In this document: positions 57,165 to 64,000 of the stretch, in pieces
How positions within the stretch are numbered: position 1 is the stretch's first letter
How the letters are laid out: the number at the start of each line of letters is the position of its first letter
Assembly (NCBI GenBank): GCA_039798785.1
Contig: JBDKFG010000011.1
Span: forward strand, 1-64,000
Source: Verrucomicrobiota bacterium
GTDB lineage: Bacteria > Verrucomicrobiota > Lentisphaeria > Lentisphaerales > Lentisphaeraceae
DNA length: 64,000 nucleotides
Direction: 5' to 3'
Position numbers and translations under genes: made by a program
The notes under the pieces: generated by a model
The model's database searches: none
What the model was told of the DNA's origin: nothing
The model's input: the letters and a program-made list of their open reading frames with translations, nothing else

Positions 57165-58340
57165 ATGCTCGGCACCTCGCTTTCCCCCTGGCCTTCCTAC
57201 TCCGAAGAAGAAGCGGCGCTGGTCTCCCAGGTGCTGCTCTCCAACCGGGTGAACTACTGGACCGGACGGATCTGCCGCGACTTCGAGGCGGATTACGCGG
57301 CGCATTGCCAAGTGCCTTATGCCGTGGCCTGCACCAACGGCACCGTCGCCCTCGATCTCGCCTGGAAAGGACTTGGCATCGGTCCTGGCGATGAAGTCAT
57401 CGTCTCGCCCCGCTCCTTCTTGGCCAGCGTCAGCAGCATCGTCAACGCCGGCGCCACCCCGGTCTTCGCCGACATCGATCGCGATTCACAAAACCTCTGC
57501 CCCCGCGCTGCTGCCGCCGCGATCACGCCACGCACCCGCGCCATCCTCTGCATCCACCTCGCTGGATGGCCCTGCGACATGGACGCCTTCCGAGCTCTTT
57601 GCGACGAGCGCAAAATCTGGCTGGTCGAGGACTGCGCCCAGTCGCACGGCGCCCTCTGGAAGGGACGCCCCACCGGCTCCTTCGGCGACGCCGCCGCCTT
57701 CTCCTTCTGCCAGGACAAGATCATCACCACCGGCGGCGAAGGCGGCATGCTGGTCACGCCGCACCAGAAGTGTTGGGACATCGCCTGGTCCTACAAGGAT
57801 CACGGCAAGTCCTACGAAGCGATGACGACGCGCGTCCATCCTCCCGGCTTCCGCTGGGTCCACGAGAGCTTCGGCACCAACTGGCGGATGATCGAAATAC
57901 AGGCCGTTCTCGGGCGTTATCAGCTCGCCCGTCTCGACGGCATGTTGAGTCGTCGCGAGGCCAACGCCCGCCGCATCTGGGCCGCTTGCGAGGCGACCGG
58001 TCTTTTGCGGGTGCCGCAAGTGCCCTCGCACATCCGGCACGCTTGCTACAAGGCCTACGCATTTGTCCGTCCCGAGCGTCTAAAACCCGGCAAGACCCGT
58101 CAGGAAATGATCGAGGCGATCAACGCCCGCGGCATCCCCTGCCAAGGCGGCTCCTGCTCCGAGATGTACCTCGAAAAAGCCTTCGACGGCACTCCCTGGC
58201 GTCCCGCCGAGCGACTCCCGGTGGCGAAAGAATTGGGCGAGACCTCGCTGATGTTCCTTTGTCACCCGACCTTGCGCGACGACGAGATCGAGCGGATCTG
58301 CGCCGTGATCACCGAGGTGGCGGCGGAGTTCCGTGTGTGA
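57165..58340 (+). CDS. DegT/DnrJ/EryC1/StrS family sugar aminotransferase
   Basis: 'NGTVALDL', 'EDCAQSHGA', 'FSFCQDKIITTGGEGGM'; RBS AGGAG. Confidence 0.93.
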   Translation: MLGTSLSPWPSYSEEEAALVSQVLLSNRVNYWTGRICRDFEADYAAHCQVPYAVACTNGTVALDLAWKGLGIGPGDEVIVSPRSFLASVSSIVNAGATPVFADIDRDSQNLCPRAAAAAITPRTRAILCIHLAGWPCDMDAFRALCDERKIWLVEDCAQSHGALWKGRPTGSFGDAAAFSFCQDKIITTGGEGGMLVTPHQKCWDIAWSYKDHGKSYEAMTTRVHPPGFRWVHESFGTNWRMIEIQAVLGRYQLARLDGMLSRREANARRIWAACEATGLLRVPQVPSHIRHACYKAYAFVRPERLKPGKTRQEMIEAINARGIPCQGGSCSEMYLEKAFDGTPWRPAERLPVAKELGETSLMFLCHPTLRDDEIERICAVITEVAAEFRV

Positions 58341-58375
58341 GGGATGAGAAGAGCTAACAGCCCCGGGAGCGTAAA

Positions 58376-58410
58376 AACACCACGAAGGCCATGGCGGTCT
58401 TCGTGGTGTT
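58376..58410. repeat. 15-bp hairpin between convergent genes (terminator-like)
   Basis: AACACCACGAAGGCC / GGTCTTCGTGGTGTT. Confidence 0.7.
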
Positions 58411-58435
58411 GGCATCGACTGAGCTCGAAGGCGTT

Positions 58436-59890
58436 TCAGCTCATCCGGAAGTCCCAGCCTTTGCGGTATTCCTTGGTGAGGAGCGAGGTGGCGAGTTCGC
58501 TATTGGTGAAGCGCATCGCGGCGGCGTCGTAGGCGAGCTGGCCGCCGGTGACTTGCACCAGGGTGGCGGCGAGGAGGGTTTCGGTGAAGGGCGCGGCGTA
58601 GGCGAAGTTGGCGGCGGGATAGTCGAAGGGCTTGTCGCCCTTGGCGGCGGCGAACCATTCCTCCCAGTGGCCTTCCGAGCGCTTGATCGTCTGGGCTGGC
58701 GCGGCGACCTGGCCGAAGATCTTGCAGCCCATTTCCTGGGCCGGCTTGGCGGCGGGATCGGCGTCCTTCATCACCACCACGATGTTGTTGCAATAGTCGT
58801 CGAGGCCGAGCAGCCAGCCTTTTTCGCATTCGAGGAGGACGCCGGAGGACTGGAGCTGGACGGCTTCGGGGAGGCCGGCGGGACGGGCGGGCTTGCGGCC
58901 GCCTTCGTACCAGGTGAGGCTGAGCTCGGGCATCGCCTTGCCCTCGACCTGGCGGGCGGGGAAGACGAAGCGCACGGTGGAGCCGCCGGGCAGCTCGGGC
59001 TTGTTGTAGTCCGCCTTCGAGGCGGGCCAGGCGTTGGCGTCCTTGCCCAGGCCCTCGCCGTCGAGCAGCTCGACCGATTGGAAGTGGTTGAGACCCAGGG
59101 CCCAGAAGGTGCCGTCGAGGGTGTGGCAGCCCATGTCGCCAAGAGCGCCGGTGCCGAAGTCGCGGACGCCGCGCCAGTGGAAGGGGTGGTAGCCGTTGTG
59201 GTAGGGACGGAAGGGGGCGGGGCCGAGGAAGCAATCCCAGTCGAGATTGGCGGGGACGGGCTTTTCGCCGTCGGGGCGGGGCATGCCCTGCTTCCACCAG
59301 GCGCCGGAGCGGTTGGTCCAGGCATGGGCCTTGAGGACGCCGCCGAGGAGGCCGGAGCGGACCCATTCGACCAGGCGGCGATTGCCTTCGTTGGCGTGCA
59401 TCTGGTTACCCATCGAAGTGGCGACCTTGTAGCGGTCGCGGGCGGCGAGGAGCTGGCGCGCTTCCCAGACGGTGTGGGCGAGAGGCTTCTGAGTGTAGAC
59501 ATGCTTTCCGGCCATCATCGCCAGGATGGTGGCGGGGTAATGGTGATGGTCGGGAGTGGAGACGACGACGGCATCGAAGTCCTTGCCGTGCTGATCGTAG
59601 AGCTTGCGGTAGTCGCTCAGCAGCTTGGCGCCGGGGAAGGTCTTGAGCGCGTTTTTGCACATGCCGGGGTCGACATCGACGATGAAGGGGCATGATCCGA
59701 ACTGATTGATCTGAGGTACTCCCTGGCCGTTGGCGATGCCCCCGCCGCCGATCATGGCGACACGCAGCCGGGCGTTGGCGCCGGGGACCTTCTCCCAGCT
59801 GCGGGCGCTGAGGGCCAGGCCGGCGACGCCGGCGCCAATGACGAATTCGCGACGGCTGATCAAGTAAGAGTTGAGTTGCTGCTGATCCAC
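58436..59890 (-). CDS. Tat-exported Gfo/Idh/MocA oxidoreductase
   Basis: 'SRREF' Tat motif; 'STPDHHH', 'HVYTQKPL', 'GALGDMGCH'. Confidence 0.92.
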   Translation of the reverse strand: MDQQQLNSYLISRREFVIGAGVAGLALSARSWEKVPGANARLRVAMIGGGGIANGQGVPQINQFGSCPFIVDVDPGMCKNALKTFPGAKLLSDYRKLYDQHGKDFDAVVVSTPDHHHYPATILAMMAGKHVYTQKPLAHTVWEARQLLAARDRYKVATSMGNQMHANEGNRRLVEWVRSGLLGGVLKAHAWTNRSGAWWKQGMPRPDGEKPVPANLDWDCFLGPAPFRPYHNGYHPFHWRGVRDFGTGALGDMGCHTLDGTFWALGLNHFQSVELLDGEGLGKDANAWPASKADYNKPELPGGSTVRFVFPARQVEGKAMPELSLTWYEGGRKPARPAGLPEAVQLQSSGVLLECEKGWLLGLDDYCNNIVVVMKDADPAAKPAQEMGCKIFGQVAAPAQTIKRSEGHWEEWFAAAKGDKPFDYPAANFAYAAPFTETLLAATLVQVTGGQLAYDAAAMRFTNSELATSLLTKEYRKGWDFRMS

Positions 59891-60002
59891 GGCGATCTCC
59901 TGGAATTAAGGTTTCTGAGGTGCTGCAATTCAGATCAGATCGCCGGCCTTCGATAAAAGTTCCCTGAGGCTGATAAATATCCGGGCAAGGTTATTTTGAA
60001 GA

Positions 60003-60896
60003 ATGATGAAAAACCAGCTGAAAAATACGCCTTTCAAAGCAGACTGGAGTCTCGACGCGGTGATCCGTCCGGGCCAGGCCCCGGCCTGGGAAGGGAAAGA
60101 GACGCTGGGAGAGCTGAGCTGGGAGAAGCCGCGGCTGAGCTCCCTCTGGTTTCTCTGCAATCTCTGCCAGCTCAGCTACAGCGCCAGCCGGGAGCGTCTG
60201 GATCTGCGGCTCGGGCGAGCCGGGCTGCCGCCGGTCGAGCTGTGGCTGCAGCAAGGCTCTCAAAACGCCTACGGGCTCCGCTGCCAAGGGGCGCGCCTCC
60301 TGATCTTCCAGGGCAGCACCGGACTTGAATGCCTGCGTTTCGACCTGAAATGTACGCCACGCCGCGACCGCCTCAGCGGACTCCGGGTGCATGGGGGTTT
60401 TCTCAGCGCCTGGGAGCTCCTGGCGGAGGAAGTGCTGGCCTGGGCCCGGGACGACGAATCCCTGCCCCTGGTGGTCGCCGGCCACAGCCTCGGCGGCGCT
60501 CTGGCCGCCCTGGCGGCGCCGGCTCTTCCTACGAGCCTGCGTTACGCCGTCGGCTTCGGCGCTCCGCGCCTGGTCCTGGCGGACGACGCAGGAAGATACG
60601 GCGCCCCCTATTTCCGGCTGCGCAACTTCGACGATCCGGTGGCGCGGCTGCCGCCGCGCCAGCTCGGCTTCGAGCATGTCGGCCAGGAGCTCTGGCTGGG
60701 GGCGGACCTGCGCCTGCGGCCGCCGGAGGAGGAATCCTTCGTCCTGTCACTGGCGGAGGAGCTGCGCCATCCCTTCCGGGCCTGGCGGCGGGGGTGGAAT
60801 GCCTCCCCCCTCCGCTGCCTCTCCGATCACGCCCCTTTGAACATGGCCCGCGGCCTGATGGGCACCTTGAGGGAGTGCGGCGACCGCGAGATCTGA
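60003..60896 (+). CDS. Lipase class 3 family protein
   Basis: 'VHGGF', 'GHSLGG', 'FGAPR', 'DPVARLP', 'SDH'. Confidence 0.9.
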   Translation: MMKNQLKNTPFKADWSLDAVIRPGQAPAWEGKETLGELSWEKPRLSSLWFLCNLCQLSYSASRERLDLRLGRAGLPPVELWLQQGSQNAYGLRCQGARLLIFQGSTGLECLRFDLKCTPRRDRLSGLRVHGGFLSAWELLAEEVLAWARDDESLPLVVAGHSLGGALAALAAPALPTSLRYAVGFGAPRLVLADDAGRYGAPYFRLRNFDDPVARLPPRQLGFEHVGQELWLGADLRLRPPEEESFVLSLAEELRHPFRAWRRGWNASPLRCLSDHAPLNMARGLMGTLRECGDREI

Positions 60897-60958
60897 GTCG
60901 CAAGCTGTGGCAAGTGCCTTTTGAACGACTAGCTTAGGCGTCATTCCTGGGAGTCTCA

Positions 60959-62368
60959 ATGGACGACAGCCTCGCGATCACCTTCCTCGCCGTGCTGGCA
61001 GCGCTGCTTTCCGCCGTGCTGGGGCTGCAGCGTTGGCGAATCCACCGCCTCGAGCGCCTCTCCGCCAGACAGGCACGCGACCGCAAGGCGCTGGGGAACT
61101 TCCTCAACCGCTTCACCCACTCGATCGCCGCGGTCGAGGACATGGACAACACCGTCATCGCCCTCGGACGCTTCATCTCCGAGGCCATCCACGCACGATC
61201 CCTCTGCATCTTCTTCACCGACGAGCACCGCAAGTCGCTCAATGCGGTGGCGACCATCGGCCAGTTCCCCAGCCTCAGCAGCCTCGACGGCCTCGCTTCC
61301 GGCGGAGTCGACAACCTTCGCGACCGCCGCATCGAGATCGGCAAGGGCTTCCTCGGCGCCGTCGCCCGCTACATGCGCCCGGTGCTCTTCTCCCGCCACT
61401 CGGCCCTGCCCAACGACATCCCCCTCCCCCAGACCCAGGGCATCCGCTGCGCCATGGCGGTGCCGATCGTCCTCGAAGGAGAGTTGAAAGGCCTGATCTG
61501 CGCCGTCGACTGCTCCGACCGCGACGGGGTCTTCGACGAGGACGACCTTGCCTTGCTGGAAAGCATCTCCGGACATGCCGCACTCGCCCGCAGCATCATC
61601 GACACCTACCAGCGCATCGGCGAACAGAAGCGGATGGAGCAGGAACTCGACTTCGCCCGCGCCATCCAAAAGACCCTCATGCCCGAACAGATGCCGGTCT
61701 TCAAGGACCTCGTCGTCGCCGGCACCAACCTCCCCGCCAAGGAGGTGTCCGGCGACTACTACGACTCCATCGTCATCGACGAAAGCCGCACCCTGCTCGT
61801 CGTCGCCGACGCCTCCGGCAAAGGCGTCCCGGCTTGCCTGATCATGACCATGACCCGCTCCGTCCTGCGCTCTCTGTGCAGCCGCTTCACCTCCCTCGAC
61901 GAACTCCTCCTCGAGCTCAACGCCTACATGGTCCGCGACACCGAGATGAGCCGCTTCGTCACCATGGTCCTCTGCCTCGTCGACACCGAGAACCGCTCCC
62001 TCGAAATGGCCCGCGCCGGCCACACTCCGATCATGCTGCGCAACCGCGCCAACGAAGTCTTCGAGATCAGCCCCGACGGCCCGGCCATCGGCCTGCTCCC
62101 CAATGAACTCGGAATCAGCTTCGAAACCTTCTCCCTGTCCTTCTCCGACGGCTACTCCCTGATGTTCTTCTCCGATGGCCTCACCGAGGCAGTCAACGAG
62201 AACGGCGAAGAATTCGGCATGGGCCGCCTGACCGAAGCCTGGCGCCGTTGCGCCGGCGGACCGGAATCCACCATCCAGGCCTTGCTCGCCGAAGTCGCCG
62301 CCTTCGCCGGCGACACCGAACAGGCCGACGACCAGACCGTCATGGTCCTGACCATGAAGGGAGCCTGA
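60959..62368 (+). CDS. GAF + PP2C/SpoIIE serine phosphatase (RsbU-like)
   Basis: GAF domain; 'EVSGDYYD', 'ADASGKGVPA', 'SDGLTEA', 'DDQT'. Confidence 0.92.
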   Translation: MDDSLAITFLAVLAALLSAVLGLQRWRIHRLERLSARQARDRKALGNFLNRFTHSIAAVEDMDNTVIALGRFISEAIHARSLCIFFTDEHRKSLNAVATIGQFPSLSSLDGLASGGVDNLRDRRIEIGKGFLGAVARYMRPVLFSRHSALPNDIPLPQTQGIRCAMAVPIVLEGELKGLICAVDCSDRDGVFDEDDLALLESISGHAALARSIIDTYQRIGEQKRMEQELDFARAIQKTLMPEQMPVFKDLVVAGTNLPAKEVSGDYYDSIVIDESRTLLVVADASGKGVPACLIMTMTRSVLRSLCSRFTSLDELLLELNAYMVRDTEMSRFVTMVLCLVDTENRSLEMARAGHTPIMLRNRANEVFEISPDGPAIGLLPNELGISFETFSLSFSDGYSLMFFSDGLTEAVNENGEEFGMGRLTEAWRRCAGGPESTIQALLAEVAAFAGDTEQADDQTVMVLTMKGA

Positions 62369-62369
62369 G

Positions 62370-63161
62370 ATGCTGGCGCGACTCGGGCGGCTTCTCCCCG
62401 CAGCCATGGCCTTCGGCCTCATAGCCTTCATCCTCCTCCCTTGGCTCTTCCCCTCCTGCCGCAACGCCTGCCACCAGCTCTTCCTCGCCTTCCTGCCCGA
62501 CAGCATCTACGACAAAGGCTATGCCGGCGCACCCACCGAAATCGAATACAAGAGCGCCAAGGCCAACGCCGAACGCCTGCAGACCGAGATGACGCTGCTC
62601 CGCCCCTTGAAGGAACGGGTCCAGGAACTCGAACGCCAGCAAGGCATCCCGCTTGAAGAGGAGGTGGTGCTGACCCAGTGCCGCGTCGTCCAGCGCGGCC
62701 CTGAAAACTGGCGCTACCAGCTGATCATCGCCTTCGATCCGGCCGCAAAGGTCAGCGTCGGCACGCCACTCGTGGTCAAGGGCAACGTCGTCGGGCGGGT
62801 CCTCGACACCTGGCGCGGCCACGCCCGGGTTGCGACTCTGCTCGACAACAGTTGCCGACTTTCCTGCCGCGTCGAAGGCACCCAAGCTTACGGCATCCTC
62901 GAAGGCGAGGCTCTGAAGAATCCCGGCCTGGCCGAACGCTTCTATTGCCGCCTCGTCGGCCTGCCGCGTGACATCCCCCTCCGCCCCGACAGCCTGGTCA
63001 GCACCTCAGGACTCGGCGGCGACGCGGTTCCTGCCGGTCTCCTCGTCGGCAGGGTCGTCAGCAGCAATGTCGACGAGCTCAGCACCACGGCCGTGGTCGA
63101 GCTTTCCGCCCCGCTTGCCGGCTTCCCCTATGGCACCCTCACAGGCCGGAGCGCCCCCTGA
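62370..63161 (+). CDS. mreC: Rod shape-determining protein MreC
   Basis: TM segment, coiled coil, 'VVGRV', 'VSTSGLGG..PAGLLVGRV'. Confidence 0.8.
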   Translation: MLARLGRLLPAAMAFGLIAFILLPWLFPSCRNACHQLFLAFLPDSIYDKGYAGAPTEIEYKSAKANAERLQTEMTLLRPLKERVQELERQQGIPLEEEVVLTQCRVVQRGPENWRYQLIIAFDPAAKVSVGTPLVVKGNVVGRVLDTWRGHARVATLLDNSCRLSCRVEGTQAYGILEGEALKNPGLAERFYCRLVGLPRDIPLRPDSLVSTSGLGGDAVPAGLLVGRVVSSNVDELSTTAVVELSAPLAGFPYGTLTGRSAP

Positions 63162-63667
63162 TGGATTATCTGCGCGGCGCGGTGCACCTGCTGGTCTTCG
63201 GCTTCGTGGCTCTGTGGATCGAGCTCGCGCTTGGACGGCAGAACTTCTGGCTTCCGTGCGGATTTCTCTTCGCCTTCTATCTCGCCTGCTGCCGCGGCTG
63301 GCGCTTCGCCGCCTTGTGGAGCAGCTTCGCCGCAGTCGTCCTCAACGATCTCGGCGGCTACTCCAGCCTGCCCGGCTTCATCCTCGCCGTCCTCTGGGGC
63401 CAGATCTGGCGCCGCAGCGGCGAACGCAGCCGCCTCCTGGTCCAGATCTTCCCCGCAGCAGTCCTCCTTGCCGCCGCCGGCGCCTTGACCCGCGGCTTCG
63501 ATTACTGGCGCTTCGGCGCCCTCAACCTCCACGAAAGCGCCTTGTCCCTGATGGGCAGCGTCGCCGCTGGCGCCCTCAGCTTCCCGGTCTTGCTCGCCGT
63601 CTGGGACGGCTGTGCCGAACGACTCGGCCTCAGTTCTTATGACAGCGGCATCGAACGCGTCGATTGA
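63161..63667 (+). CDS. MreD-like membrane protein
   Basis: 168 aa, about 5 TM segments, translationally coupled to mreC. Confidence 0.55.
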   Translation: MDYLRGAVHLLVFGFVALWIELALGRQNFWLPCGFLFAFYLACCRGWRFAALWSSFAAVVLNDLGGYSSLPGFILAVLWGQIWRRSGERSRLLVQIFPAAVLLAAAGALTRGFDYWRFGALNLHESALSLMGSVAAGALSFPVLLAVWDGCAERLGLSSYDSGIERVD

Positions 63668-63752
63668 GATCTCGGCCCGCGCCTGAGCCTCACTCAACCT
63701 GGATTCCTATCCTTCACCCTAAATTCCGACCTGTGTCACTCCATTTGAGCTC

Positions 63753-63870
63753 GGCCACAAAAGACACAAAGAACAGAGTTTTGCCGTGTCAGCTCGCCGA
63801 GTGTCAGTCGCTCATTCATCCTTCTGCGTTCTTCGTTCTTCTGCCTCTTCTGCGGTTCAATTGAGCTTGA
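63753..63870 (-). repeat. Nonamer-periodic hairpin element, copy 2
   Basis: Shares TCAAGCTCAATTGAACCGCAGAAGA with 27706-27730, and the TTGTGGCC right end. Confidence 0.8.
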
Positions 63871-64000
63871 ATCGGAGCAACACAGGTCGCTAAATTCCGC
63901 AGCAGCGGAATGGAACCGGGTTGAAAGCCTGGAGGGCTGAAAGGCAAATACATGAACAACAGCGACAAATGACGATCCTAGTTCGACCTGCATGACTGCC

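Overview
High-GC bacterial chromosomal segment. A PVC-superphylum origin, probably Lentisphaerota-like, is inferred from gene content and not proven. Housekeeping genes: ispD, pfp, xerD, hisG, moaC, accB, pheS, rsmG, mreC, tldD and tRNA-Ala(CGC). It also holds a partial flagellar cluster (flgJ-like, flgN, flgK, flgL, flhA) interleaved with sugar-nucleotide genes, two large B-repeat surface proteins, a SNF2 helicase and a ParE-type toxin-antitoxin pair. Main non-routine observations: (1) a set of tandem-repeat hairpin elements built from 7-, 8- and 9-nt units, one of which duplicates the start codon of flgL and carries a mini-ORF translationally coupled at both ends; (2) two repeat-derived in-frame insertions, including a complete REP doublet, inside the SNF2 CDS; (3) two different alleles of the rsmG-to-degT interval arranged in tandem, each with its own cargo genes; (4) five sigma-54 type promoter motifs linking flagellar and putative glycosylation genes; (5) a MITE-like element with a nested GTAG-REP doublet; (6) a duplicated uncharacterised ~250-aa domain in a surface protein. 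No CRISPR array, rRNA, transposase or reverse transcriptase was seen.
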